This document shows positions 25,351 through 34,836 of a DNA stretch of 43,501 nt, piece after piece. The notes beneath the pieces were generated by a model. That model did not search any database, was not told the origin of the DNA, and was given only the letters and a program-made list of their open reading frames with translations. A program made the position numbers and the translations under genes. Source of the DNA: a virus (lineage: Duplodnaviria > Heunggongvirae > Uroviricota > Caudoviricetes); IMG/VR virus record IMGVR_UViG_2547132420_000011; one strand, given 5' to 3'. How positions within the stretch are numbered: the first letter of the stretch is position 1; every line of letters begins with the position of its first letter.

Positions 25351-26275
25351 TGATTTTTGCGCCTTTATTCTGACTCACGGGCGACCGGACAAAGTTCTGA
25401 CTTACCGGACGTTGCGTCGTGCTGGCTATACCGGGAAAATTTTTATCGTTGTTGATGATGAAGATAAGACACGGCATCAGTACATGGCTGAATTTGGTGA
25501 ACAGGTGCTGGTATTTTCCAAAGCCGATATTGCCAGTCGTTTTGACGAAGCCGATAATTTTGGTGATCGCCGCTCAATTTTTTACGCCCGTAATGCCTGT
25601 TTCGACCTGGCAAAACTGGTCGGGTGTAAATACTTCATTCAGCTCGATGATGATTATCACGAGTTCCAGTTTCGGGTGGATCGCAACTATGACCAGGCCT
25701 ATTTCCCGATAAGGAAACTGGATGCGATCCTTTCTGAAATGCTGGCGTATTACGAATCAATACCCGCGCTTTCCATCGCTATGTCGCAGGGCGGGGATTT
25801 TCTTGGTGACAATGGCGGCCATGCTTCGTGGGTGAAACGCAAGGCAATGAACAGCTTTATCTGTTCGGTTGATCGACCGTTCTCATTCATGGGGCGCATT
25901 AACGAGGATGTGAATACGTACACGAATCTCGGTCGCTGTGGTGAATTGTTTATGACGATCGGTGCTGTCCAGTTAGGGCAGAAACAGACGCAGAAAAACA
26001 GCGGCGGAATGACCGAGCTGTATCTGGATTCCGGAACCTACGTTAAAAGTTTTTACTCCGTCATGTATTCGCCGTCGTGCGTAAAAATCTCACTGATGGG
26101 TGCCAGCCATAAACGCATTCACCATCAGGTCACCTGGAACAACGCTGCAGTAAAAATCCTTCACGAAAAATACAGGAAGAAGACACCCTGCATATCAATG
26201 GGGGTGACAAATGATTCCGTATTCGAAAGTCGAGTCTCTGGCAGCGTGCCGGATGACTGCACAACAAATCGCTGA
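25343..26275 (+). CDS. Hypothetical protein; possible nucleotide-sugar transferase-like fold (DxD-type acidic motifs), unassigned
   Basis: ORF 25319..26275; ATG at 25343 lies directly after the GGAGGA repeat; motifs FIVVDDEDKT and FIQLDDDYHEF; overlaps the ParB-like stop by 8 nt. Confidence 0.55.
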   Translation: MRDDFCAFILTHGRPDKVLTYRTLRRAGYTGKIFIVVDDEDKTRHQYMAEFGEQVLVFSKADIASRFDEADNFGDRRSIFYARNACFDLAKLVGCKYFIQLDDDYHEFQFRVDRNYDQAYFPIRKLDAILSEMLAYYESIPALSIAMSQGGDFLGDNGGHASWVKRKAMNSFICSVDRPFSFMGRINEDVNTYTNLGRCGELFMTIGAVQLGQKQTQKNSGGMTELYLDSGTYVKSFYSVMYSPSCVKISLMGASHKRIHHQVTWNNAAVKILHEKYRKKTPCISMGVTNDSVFESRVSGSVPDDCTTNR

Positions 26276-26462
26276 CGTTCTGGATGTTGATCTGAACCGA
26301 CTGAAAGAAAATCGGGAAGCAATGACAGATTTTTATGCGGCCATCCGTAAGGGCAGAGCGAAAGGTGAAGCCGAGTTACGAGCGGCATTGTTTAAGCTTG
26401 CCAGAAAAGGGGATGCCTTTGCTCTGCGCGAACTACTCAGGGTGGATAAAAATCAGGACTAA
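26211..26462 (+). CDS. Small HTH-like protein upstream of terminase
   Basis: 83 aa; ATG at 26211 preceded by GGGGGTGA but overlaps the upstream gene by 65 nt (internal ATG at 26253 would overlap 23 nt); stop 4 nt before terS. Confidence 0.4.
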   Translation: MIPYSKVESLAACRMTAQQIADVLDVDLNRLKENREAMTDFYAAIRKGRAKGEAELRAALFKLARKGDAFALRELLRVDKNQD

Positions 26463-26465
26463 CTG

Positions 26466-27560
26466 ATGAGCAGACCGGACTGGGGGGCGTTGCAGCAGGA
26501 GTATATTGCTGAATACACCCGCTCCGGTATATCTCCGGTGGCATGGTGTGAAGCAAGGGGACTGAACTACGCAACAGCCCGTCGTTACATCAAAAAAACT
26601 CCGAAAAATGCGCAGAAAGAAATGCGCAAAACTGCGCAAAAAAGTGCGCGAAAAAAAACTGCGCAGACTGCGCAAAGGCAGAACAGAAAATCTCAGAAAA
26701 AAAAGGCTGTATCCGATGCACTCCTGATTGAGGGGGACACGGAAGAAATTTCGTTCTGCCCCGATGAATTCGGTATTTCTGACCAGCAGGCAAAATTCGC
26801 CATGTTGGTTGCTCAGGGGAAAAAGCCGACAGAGGCATACCGACTGGCTGGTTATGAGGGGCAAGGTGCGACAGCTAACAGCAACGCCAGCCGTATGCTT
26901 AGAAATGCCAGGGTTTATCGTGCTATCAGCTACTTCCGCAATCAGTACCAGAAACGCTATACCGCAGACCTGGATTTACTGGTGAGCCAGTTGATGGCCA
27001 TTGTCCAGGCCGACCCCAATCAGTTGGCACAATTTCGCCGTGTTAACTGCCGTTATTGCTGGGGCGAGAATCATCTCTACCAGTGGCGTGATATTGCAGA
27101 ATTCGATAAGGCTGCGGCACAGGCCTCCAGAGATGGTAAACCCGAGCCGGAATATGGAGGCCTCGGCTTTGTTGATAACGCCATACCCAATCCTGATTGC
27201 CCGAAGTGCTGCGGTGAGGGAACAGGACAGCTTTATATGGCTGATACCACACTGCTTGATGGGGATGCGCGGCAATTATATGCAGGGTCAAAGCTCGGAA
27301 AATACGGTGTTGAGATCCTGCTGGAGGATAAGGCTGCCGCCCGGCGTGAATTGTTGCGTTTGCTTTCTGCTGGCGGGGCATTATGTGCAGATAAGCGGCT
27401 ACAGGAACTGGAAATTGAACGGCGCAGAATAGAGAACCAGAAGCTGCGCAAAGAGATCGAAACGGTGGAGGATAATGAACATCCCCAGCCTGTGGCGATC
27501 AATATTAATGTGGTTGATGCCAGATTAAGGAGTGATGAAGATGATCTCTCCGACGCTTAA
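26466..27560 (+). CDS. Terminase small subunit with extended Cys-rich C-terminal region
   Basis: 364 aa; N-terminal HTH, Lys-rich repeat, then motif GATANSNASRMLRNARVYRAI typical of small terminases (from memory); C-terminal Cys clusters CRYCWGENH and CPKCCGEG. Confidence 0.7.
   Translation: MSRPDWGALQQEYIAEYTRSGISPVAWCEARGLNYATARRYIKKTPKNAQKEMRKTAQKSARKKTAQTAQRQNRKSQKKKAVSDALLIEGDTEEISFCPDEFGISDQQAKFAMLVAQGKKPTEAYRLAGYEGQGATANSNASRMLRNARVYRAISYFRNQYQKRYTADLDLLVSQLMAIVQADPNQLAQFRRVNCRYCWGENHLYQWRDIAEFDKAAAQASRDGKPEPEYGGLGFVDNAIPNPDCPKCCGEGTGQLYMADTTLLDGDARQLYAGSKLGKYGVEILLEDKAAARRELLRLLSAGGALCADKRLQELEIERRRIENQKLRKEIETVEDNEHPQPVAININVVDARLRSDEDDLSDA
26609..26674. repeat. Six TGCGC(A/G) hexamer repeats in A-rich context inside terS (candidate pac/TerS-binding site)
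   Basis: TGCGCA at 26609, 26623, 26633, 26660, 26669 and TGCGCG at 26645, located by codon position; encodes KNAQKEMRKTAQKSARKKTAQTAQ. Confidence 0.45.
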
Positions 27561-28842
27561 TGTGCCTCAGGCGCGATTTCTTTCAATGCCCCATAAATTT
27601 AAAGCCTATATTGCTGGTTTTGGCTCGGGCAAAACATGGGTTGGGTGTGGCGGCATATGCAAGGGGATTTGGGAGCATCCAGGTATAAATCAGGGATATT
27701 TTGCGCCAACGTATCCCCAAATTCGCGATATTTTTTACCCTACAGTGGAAGAAGTTGCTGCTGACTGGGGATTGAACGTAAAAATTAATGAGGGAAATAA
27801 AGAGGTTCACTTTTATTACGGACGCCAGTATCGGGGAACCACTATCTGCAGATCGATGGAGAAGCCACAAACGATCGTCGGTTTCAAAATTGGTAATGCG
27901 CTGGTGGATGAACTGGACATTTTGCCGAAGGAAAAAGCCAGAACGGCGTGGCGCAAGATAATTGCGCGTATGCGTTATAAGATTGATGGACTTCGCAACG
28001 GTATTGACGTTACAACCACGCCGGAAGGATTCAAATTTGTCTACGAGCAGTTTGTTAAAGCCGTGCGTGAAAAAACAGATCTGGCCTCACTGTATGGTCT
28101 GGTGCAGGCATCTACTTTCGATAATGAAAAGAACCTGCCAGCAGATTACATTCCTTCACTTCTTGAATCATACCCTCCAGAGCTGATTAAAGCCTATCTT
28201 CTAGGACGGTTTACTAACCTGACAAGTGGTACTGTTTACCATCAGTTTGACCGGAAACTGAATAATTGCGAAGAAGTGGAGCAGCCAGGGGAGCCGATTT
28301 ATATTGGGATGGATTTTAACGTTGGAAAGATGGCGGGAATCGTCCATGTGCTGCGTTTGGGGCTTCCATGTGCGGTAACTGAAATCATCAATGCCTACGA
28401 TACGCCGGATATGATCCGCCTCATTAAAGAACGCTTCTGGCTGTATGACGGGCATGATTACCGGAAAGTGAGGGAGATTTATATTTATCCAGATGCTTCC
28501 GGAGATTCCAGAAAATCAAGTAACGCAAGTACGACGGATATAGCCCAGCTTAAGCAGGCAGGTTTTAACGTTGTGGTGAACAGCTCGACCCCGCCAGTAA
28601 AAGATCGCGTTAACTCAATGAATGCAATGTTCTGCAATGCCAATGGTGAGCGTCGCTATAAAGTTAATGTGAAGCGTTGTCCGGTATATGCCGAATCTCT
28701 GGAGCAACAGGTCTGGGATGATAAGGGGGAGCCTGATAAAAAATCTGGCAATGATCACCCGAATGATGCCGGAGGTTATTTCATCGTTAAGCAATTCCCT
28801 ATTGTCAAACCGACCGGAAGAGTCACATCACTTCGGATTTAA
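27535..28842 (+). CDS. Terminase large subunit
   Basis: ORF 27532..28842; ATG at 27535 preceded by AGGAG; Walker A-like AGFGSGKTW; C-terminal nuclease-like acidic residues; overlaps terS 3' end. Confidence 0.9.
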   Translation: MKMISPTLNVPQARFLSMPHKFKAYIAGFGSGKTWVGCGGICKGIWEHPGINQGYFAPTYPQIRDIFYPTVEEVAADWGLNVKINEGNKEVHFYYGRQYRGTTICRSMEKPQTIVGFKIGNALVDELDILPKEKARTAWRKIIARMRYKIDGLRNGIDVTTTPEGFKFVYEQFVKAVREKTDLASLYGLVQASTFDNEKNLPADYIPSLLESYPPELIKAYLLGRFTNLTSGTVYHQFDRKLNNCEEVEQPGEPIYIGMDFNVGKMAGIVHVLRLGLPCAVTEIINAYDTPDMIRLIKERFWLYDGHDYRKVREIYIYPDASGDSRKSSNASTTDIAQLKQAGFNVVVNSSTPPVKDRVNSMNAMFCNANGERRYKVNVKRCPVYAESLEQQVWDDKGEPDKKSGNDHPNDAGGYFIVKQFPIVKPTGRVTSLRI

Positions 28843-28844
28843 TT

Positions 28845-30251
28845 ATGGCTGATATATCAACACCCAACCTCGACTATAACGATATGCTGGAGGCGTGGGA
28901 TATTAACGACGCATTGATGGGCGGTACGCTTGAAATGCGCAGGCAGGGGGAAAATTATCTCCCCAAATGGCCTAATGAAGATGAAGACGCTTATAAAAAA
29001 CGCCTGTCTGTGGCTACGTTACTTCCTGTGTATGAAGAAAGCATCAAACAAAATATTGGGCGCATATTTGCAGAGCCGACAGTATTGAGTGAGGAAACGC
29101 CGGAAAAAATCAGGGAATATGCAGAAAATATCGACATGGAGGGGAGCCGACTGGATGTGTGGGCGCAGCAATTTTTCAGTCTCGCATTTCAGTATGGTGT
29201 GGCACATGCGCTGGTGGACTATCCACGAACGGATATGAACGAGATTCGGACAAAAGCCGATGAAAACGCGGCCGGTGGTCGCCCGTACGTTACGATGCTG
29301 AATCCACGCCAGGTTATTGGATGGAAATCGAAAGTTGAAAAAGGGAAAGTTGTTCTCACTGATTTGCGTATAAAAGAGGTCATCATTATTGATGGTGATG
29401 ATTTCGGGCAGAAGAAGGTGGAGCAGATCCGCCATATTATGCCCCGTCGAGTAGAAATTTATCGACGCAGCGAAGGTACTAATGGCGAATCTGTCTGGAT
29501 GCTTCATGAGTCATGGAATACCAGCCGTGATGATATTCCTCTGGTAACACTGTATACGAAGAAAACAGGGTTTATGCGTGGTACACCGCCATTGCTTAAT
29601 CTTGGCTTGCTGAATATCAAGCACTGGCAAAGCCAGAGCGAGCAGGACAATATTCTTCATGTTGCCCGCGTTCCATTGCTGGTGGCCTACGGGCTGGACA
29701 GGAATGAAGAACTGACGGTTGGTGCATCCACGGCTACGATTTTTGAGGACAGAACAAAAAATGGCCTCGAATATGTTGAACATAGTGGCGCAGCGATAGA
29801 ATCTGGCGAAACATCACTTGAGAAGCTGGAAAATCAGATGCGTCATGCCGGCGCTAAACTTCTGCGGGCTGAAAATACATCCACCAAATCTGTTGATCAG
29901 ACTAATGAAGAGCGGATGCAGGAACACTCGCCGCTTTATACAATGGCGAACTCCCTCGAAGATGCCCTCGATAATATTCTCCAGATAATGGCGGAATGGA
30001 GCGGAGAGAGTTGCGGTGGCAATGTGGATGTGCGCACTGAACTGGATGTATCTGCCCAGGTGTTTGACTCATCCTCCGCGCTGGCTGTTCAGTCATTGCG
30101 TCAGGGCGGTGATATACGTCAGATTGATGCGGTTCGGGTGTTGCAGGCGTTGAAATTTATCGATCAGGATTCCCGTCCAGAGGATGTGATCGATGAATTA
30201 AAAAATCAGAGTGTAATGTTGATGGAAATCAATGATGCAAACCGTGAATGA
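28845..30251 (+). CDS. Portal protein
   Basis: 468 aa immediately downstream of terminase large subunit; size and position typical of portal. Confidence 0.75.
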   Translation: MADISTPNLDYNDMLEAWDINDALMGGTLEMRRQGENYLPKWPNEDEDAYKKRLSVATLLPVYEESIKQNIGRIFAEPTVLSEETPEKIREYAENIDMEGSRLDVWAQQFFSLAFQYGVAHALVDYPRTDMNEIRTKADENAAGGRPYVTMLNPRQVIGWKSKVEKGKVVLTDLRIKEVIIIDGDDFGQKKVEQIRHIMPRRVEIYRRSEGTNGESVWMLHESWNTSRDDIPLVTLYTKKTGFMRGTPPLLNLGLLNIKHWQSQSEQDNILHVARVPLLVAYGLDRNEELTVGASTATIFEDRTKNGLEYVEHSGAAIESGETSLEKLENQMRHAGAKLLRAENTSTKSVDQTNEERMQEHSPLYTMANSLEDALDNILQIMAEWSGESCGGNVDVRTELDVSAQVFDSSSALAVQSLRQGGDIRQIDAVRVLQALKFIDQDSRPEDVIDELKNQSVMLMEINDANRE

Positions 30252-31347
30252 ACGGCTGCGTGATGAATCAATTGCTCATGCAGTCTGGATATCCCGCTAT
30301 AGCACTGGTGTGGCTGCCAGAATGGTGAAAATACTGAATGACAGCGATGCGGAGCTTACAGCTCGCCTGCTGGTAGCACTGGACAGCCTCGATCCTGGTA
30401 GTTTTACCGTTACGCGCCTGGAGTCACTTCTGGCGAGTGTCAGAGAGGTTAACCGCGCTGCTATTAACAGCATGTTTACCAGTCTCTCCGGAGAGCTGAA
30501 CGAGCTGGCAATTTATGAGGCTGGTTATCAGTTAAGTCTGTTTGATTCTCTGCTACCTGATTTTGTTGCTGATGTTCACCCTCTGGTTGGTATATCTTCT
30601 GATGCACTTTACGCCGCTGCAATGGCGCGACCATTCCAGGGACGACTGCTCAGTGAGTGGGCCTTGGATCTTGAGGCGGATCGGCTCAGACGCATAACAA
30701 ATACGGTGCGTCAGGGTTTTTTGCTGGGGGATACCAATGAGCAGATCGCAAGAAAAATTCGGGGACATGTCAGCAAGGGATTTCAGGATGGTGCATTGCA
30801 GATGAGCCGGGCTAATGCGGCCAGCATTGCAAAAACAGCGGTTGGACATCTTGCTGCTACTGCCCGTGAGAGTTTTGCCAGCGCGAATAATGATTTGATT
30901 AAGGGTAAGCAATGGTTATCAACGCTTGATAATCGTACTACGCCACAATGTCGAATCAGGGATCGCCTCAAATATACGCTGGATAATAAACCTGTAGGTC
31001 ACAGTGTGCCTTATTTGCATGGGCCGGGAAAAATTCATTTCTGCTGCCGCTCAACGGAAACGTTCATTCTGAAATCAGCGAAGGAACTGGGTATTGATGT
31101 TCGTGATATTTCCCCGGCTGAGCGGGCCAGCATGGATGGCGTGGTGGCCGGAGATACAACCTACAGGGAATGGTTTTTGCGTCAGCCTTACACCAGACAA
31201 AAACAGATTGTGGGGGAAACCCGGGCAAAGCTGATTCGGGATGGCGGTATGTCGCCAGATGAATTTTACACCGATAAAGGCGAATGGCTGACGCTGAAGC
31301 AACTCCGTGAGCGTGATGCACAGGTATTCAGAAAAGCAGGGATTTAA
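30232..31347 (+). CDS. Head morphogenesis protein (Mu F / SPP1 gp7-like minor head protein)
   Basis: 371 aa, overlaps portal 3' end; gene order portal then F-like morphogenesis protein. Confidence 0.7.
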   Translation: MMQTVNERLRDESIAHAVWISRYSTGVAARMVKILNDSDAELTARLLVALDSLDPGSFTVTRLESLLASVREVNRAAINSMFTSLSGELNELAIYEAGYQLSLFDSLLPDFVADVHPLVGISSDALYAAAMARPFQGRLLSEWALDLEADRLRRITNTVRQGFLLGDTNEQIARKIRGHVSKGFQDGALQMSRANAASIAKTAVGHLAATARESFASANNDLIKGKQWLSTLDNRTTPQCRIRDRLKYTLDNKPVGHSVPYLHGPGKIHFCCRSTETFILKSAKELGIDVRDISPAERASMDGVVAGDTTYREWFLRQPYTRQKQIVGETRAKLIRDGGMSPDEFYTDKGEWLTLKQLRERDAQVFRKAGI

Positions 31348-31367
31348 ATAAATCATTTATTACAACA

Positions 31368-31391
31368 GGCTACCTTCGGGTGGCCTTTTTT
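31368..31391 (+). terminator. Rho-independent terminator with UUCG tetraloop
   Basis: Stem GGCTACC (31368-31374), loop TTCG, stem GGTGGCC (31379-31385, one G-U pair), T6 (31386-31391). Confidence 0.6.
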
Positions 31392-31451
31392 ATTGCTGCG
31401 ATCCGGATGGTGAGCAGCGTAACTGTCGGAAGACTTAAACCAGGTACTAAT

Positions 31452-32216
31452 ATGAAACTGAAAACGGTCGAGATTAACGGAAAACAATACGCAGAAATTG
31501 ATACTGCTGGCCTGCCAGTTTATGTGCACGACGATGGTAAAGAAATCGGCTTCGATGCACCGCTGGCGATAAAAAAAATTACAGAGCTTAATGGCGAGGC
31601 AAAAAATCATCGCCTGGCTAAAGAAGCTGCAGAGGAAAAACTGGCTAAGTTTGCCGCTATCGAAGACCCGAAGAAGGCGATCGAGGCACTGGAAATGCTG
31701 TTAAAAATCGACCAGAAAAAGCTGATCGATGCGGGACAGGTTGACCAGGTTAAGGCAGAAATTACGAAAAATTTTCAGCAGCAATTAGATGAAGAAAAGC
31801 AACGCTCTCAGATGCTGGAGACGCAGCTTTACGATTCTATGATTGGCGGTAGTTTTGCGGGTTCAAAATATATTGCCGATAAAATTGCGATCCCGGCAGA
31901 TTTATTACAAGCCCGCTTCGGGCAGGCATTCAAAGTGGAAGAAGGGAAGATCGTTGCTTATGACGCTTCCGGCAACAAAATTTATTCCCGCGCGAAGCCT
32001 GGCGAACTGGCGCAGTTTGATGAGGCGCTGGAGTTCCTTGTCGAAAATTACCCTCAGAAAGACTACATCCTGAAAGCCAGTGGCAACAATGGCGGCGGCT
32101 CCCGTCCGACACAGCATGATATTGGTCAGAAAACGATGAAACGCTCTGCTTTTGATGCACTGGATGTTGCAGGTAAGCAAAACGCATTGAAAGACGGTAT
32201 CACAATCGTTGATTAA
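31452..32216 (+). CDS. Putative scaffolding protein
   Basis: ORF 31380..32216; ATG at 31452 (MKLKTVEINGKQY...) chosen because upstream part overlaps the terminator; charged coiled-coil-rich sequence; immediately precedes major capsid gene. Confidence 0.55.
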   Translation: MKLKTVEINGKQYAEIDTAGLPVYVHDDGKEIGFDAPLAIKKITELNGEAKNHRLAKEAAEEKLAKFAAIEDPKKAIEALEMLLKIDQKKLIDAGQVDQVKAEITKNFQQQLDEEKQRSQMLETQLYDSMIGGSFAGSKYIADKIAIPADLLQARFGQAFKVEEGKIVAYDASGNKIYSRAKPGELAQFDEALEFLVENYPQKDYILKASGNNGGGSRPTQHDIGQKTMKRSAFDALDVAGKQNALKDGITIVD

Positions 32217-32314
32217 CACATTTGTCAGCTTCCGGATGGGAGCTGGTGTCAGGGCTGGATAGCTCATTACTCCATCTATTCACAATTACGCAAATTTTTA
32301 AGGAATATTTAATT

Positions 32315-33454
32315 ATGGCTGGAAATACCCTGACCGGGTTGATCCCGACTATTTATACCGCCCTGGATGTTGTATCCCGTGAGCAGGTAGGTTTTATCCC
32401 TGCGGTAGCAAAAAACGTAAAAGCTGACGCCGCAGCAAAAGATCAGACGGTAACCGCGCCAGTTGCGCCTGAGGCGAAAACCGAAGATATCGTACCGGGG
32501 CCGTCAGCTCCGAATACCGGTGATCAAAATATTGGCACTGTTGATGTAAAAATTACTAAATCCAAAATGGCACCGGTTAAATGGAATGGTGAAGAACAAC
32601 TGGCTCTTGGCCCTTCAGGGACTTACAACACCATTCTGGCTGATCAGTTCAAGCAGGCTTTTCGCGCCCTTGCAAACGAGGTTGAGGCTGATCTTGGTGC
32701 GTTGTATTTCGGTGCTTCCCGCGCCGTGGGAACCGCAGGGACAACGCCGTTTGGTGTTAAAGATGATCTTTCTGATGCTGCTCTGGCTCGTCAGGTTCTG
32801 GAGGATAACGGCGCACCGACAACCGATCTGCAGATGGTGCTTGGCTCCACTGCCATTGCTAATTTGCGCGGAAAACAGTCTGTATTGTTTAAAGTGAATG
32901 AATCCGGCACTGAACAGCTACTGCGTGAGGGCGTGTTGGGGCGTCTGGAGGGATTCAATATTCACAGTTCGGCAGGTGTGAAACGAGCGCCAAAGGTTGC
33001 TGCAACTGGTTATCTCGTGAATGGAGAGAAAAAAGAAGGCGATGTTCTTATTTCCATTGATACTGGTTCGGGGAGTATTTCTGCAGGTCAGATTGTTACG
33101 TTCGCTGGTGATCCGAATCAGTATGTTGTGGCAGCAGCGACCAGCAATCTGATTACTCTTGCAGCGCCCGGACTGCGTCAGGATCTGGCCGATGATACTG
33201 CCATCACAGTTGTTGGGGCCTTTACGGCAAATATGGCGTTTGATCGCAACGCGTTTCTGCTGGCATCCCGTACTCCGGCAATGCCGGAAGGTGGCGATAA
33301 TGCTGATGATGTAATGAATGTTACGGACCCGATTTCAGGGATTACGTTCCAGATTGCACTGTATCGTCAGTATCGCCAGGTGCGCTATGAAGTTGGACTG
33401 GCATGGGGTGTTTCATCAGTGAAGCCGGCACATGGTTGTCTGATTCTTGGTTAA
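32315..33454 (+). CDS. Major capsid protein
   Basis: ORF 32222..33454; ATG at 32315 preceded by AAGGA; 379 aa; follows scaffold-like gene; flanked by strong terminators. Confidence 0.7.
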   Translation: MAGNTLTGLIPTIYTALDVVSREQVGFIPAVAKNVKADAAAKDQTVTAPVAPEAKTEDIVPGPSAPNTGDQNIGTVDVKITKSKMAPVKWNGEEQLALGPSGTYNTILADQFKQAFRALANEVEADLGALYFGASRAVGTAGTTPFGVKDDLSDAALARQVLEDNGAPTTDLQMVLGSTAIANLRGKQSVLFKVNESGTEQLLREGVLGRLEGFNIHSSAGVKRAPKVAATGYLVNGEKKEGDVLISIDTGSGSISAGQIVTFAGDPNQYVVAAATSNLITLAAPGLRQDLADDTAITVVGAFTANMAFDRNAFLLASRTPAMPEGGDNADDVMNVTDPISGITFQIALYRQYRQVRYEVGLAWGVSSVKPAHGCLILG

Positions 33455-33464
33455 ACATTCAAAC

Positions 33465-33484
33465 GGGGCTTCGGCCCCATTTTT
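33465..33484 (+). terminator. Rho-independent terminator with UUCG tetraloop after capsid gene
   Basis: Stem GGGGC (33465-33469), loop TTCG, stem GCCCC (33474-33478), then ATTTTT. Confidence 0.6.
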
Positions 33485-33496
33485 AATGGGGGGCAT

Positions 33497-33673
33497 ATGG
33501 CCGGATTAACTAAAGAGCAAAGAGCACAGCGTGAAGCCGCACAAAAAACGCAAATTGAGTTAGTGGTTATGGTGACCGATTATCAGATGTTTCCCGGCGC
33601 ACCAACTATCGCTAATGTTCATCCTGATGAAGTTGACAACTGGAAGGCTATGGGCTGGAAAACTCAGGAGTAA
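33497..33673 (+). CDS. Small head-region protein, 58 aa (below the ORF-track length cutoff)
   Basis: ATG at 33497 preceded by GGGGGG; translation MAGLTKEQRAQREAAQKTQIELVVMVTDYQMFPGAPTIANVHPDEVDNWKAMGWKTQE; stop TAA 33671-33673, 3 nt before the next gene. Confidence 0.4.
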   Translation: MAGLTKEQRAQREAAQKTQIELVVMVTDYQMFPGAPTIANVHPDEVDNWKAMGWKTQE

Positions 33674-33676
33674 CAC

Positions 33677-34072
33677 ATGATCACTTACGTGACCTGTGAT
33701 GACGTTGATAATGCGTTTGGGAACGCCTGGACGAGTGAGAACGCTAAAAATAAAGCTGTTTTAATGGCTAATGCCTGGCTTAATGGCTTCAACCTGAAAA
33801 TTAACCCATCCCGTATTCCGGAAGAGGTAAAACTTGCGGGAGCATATGCAGCCAGAATTGCCTCATTCGGTAAGTTGTTTCAGCAGAAAAATGATTCTGG
33901 CGTTGTTATCAGTAAAGCCGTGTCGGCTGACGGGGTCAGTGTATCGAAATCATTTTCTGAGTTGCCAGCAAACAGCACTGCATTGCTTGAACCCGATTTA
34001 CAGCTTGCGATAGCACTGCTGAAACCGTACGGACTTAGTCGCTCACAAGTCAGGGTTGTGAGGGGGGGATAA
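33677..34072 (+). CDS. Putative head-tail connector / head completion protein
   Basis: 131 aa; AGGAG upstream; called by position in head-to-tail gene order. Confidence 0.5.
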   Translation: MITYVTCDDVDNAFGNAWTSENAKNKAVLMANAWLNGFNLKINPSRIPEEVKLAGAYAARIASFGKLFQQKNDSGVVISKAVSADGVSVSKSFSELPANSTALLEPDLQLAIALLKPYGLSRSQVRVVRGG

Positions 34073-34455
34073 TGGGGCTTCGTGAAGAGATTCAGTCAGA
34101 GGTTGCCGCTGCTTTTGATGAGGATTTAGCGGACGCCGTGAGTGATTTTTCTGGTTCTTACGTTACGCACCGGCACTGGGATCCTGTGACGGAAACTGGC
34201 GGCGAATCCACCGCAATCTATACCGGGCGAGGCGTGTTGACACGTTATAAGCTGGGCAGAATTGATGGGATTAATATTTTGCATGGTGACCTTAAATTAA
34301 CCGCTCTGGTATGCGAGGTTACGGATAAACCAGCTGTCGACCATATTATTGAGATTTATGATCCTGTATCAAGGCAGTTACAACGATACGAGGTAATTAC
34401 AGCAAGTGTAGATCCTTCCGCATCAGTTTACTCTATCCAGTTAAGGAGAGCGTAA
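34072..34455 (+). CDS. Putative head-tail adaptor / head closure protein
   Basis: 127 aa; translationally coupled (TAATG); called by position. Confidence 0.5.
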   Translation: MGLREEIQSEVAAAFDEDLADAVSDFSGSYVTHRHWDPVTETGGESTAIYTGRGVLTRYKLGRIDGINILHGDLKLTALVCEVTDKPAVDHIIEIYDPVSRQLQRYEVITASVDPSASVYSIQLRRA

Positions 34456-34836
34456 ATGGCAAAGGCATGGGATATAGAACCGTCAATATTTGCCGGGATG
34501 ATTGAGGAAGATGTAGGGCTGAAGATTCGCTACATCGCTATTCAGATTCTTACTGCTATTGATATTGCTGCTCCGGTTGATACCGGACGTTTCAGAAATA
34601 ACAACCTGGTGTCGTTACAGCATCCCGATTTTGGTATATCTGATAACGTGGATCCGAACGGTACGATTGCTGTTCAGCGTGGGATCGGGGTTATTTCGAA
34701 AGCTGCAAATTACGGAGTTATTTATATCCAGAATAACCTTCCTTATGCAGAGGCTCTTGAAAACGGTCATTCACAACAAGCGCCAACTGGCGTGTATGCC
34801 AACGCTTTTCATGGTGTTTTACAGGCTTACAAATGA
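34456..34836 (+). CDS. HK97 gp10-like tail-completion family protein
   Basis: 126 aa; C-terminal motif NNLPYAEALENGHSQQAP resembles HK97 gp10 family (from memory). Confidence 0.6.
   Translation: MAKAWDIEPSIFAGMIEEDVGLKIRYIAIQILTAIDIAAPVDTGRFRNNNLVSLQHPDFGISDNVDPNGTIAVQRGIGVISKAANYGVIYIQNNLPYAEALENGHSQQAPTGVYANAFHGVLQAYK

Noticed and set aside
29019-31356. Antisense ORFs within portal and head morphogenesis genes (29019..29507, 30553..30912, 31075..31356)
   Set aside because: Antisense to well-supported structural genes; compositions are frame artefacts
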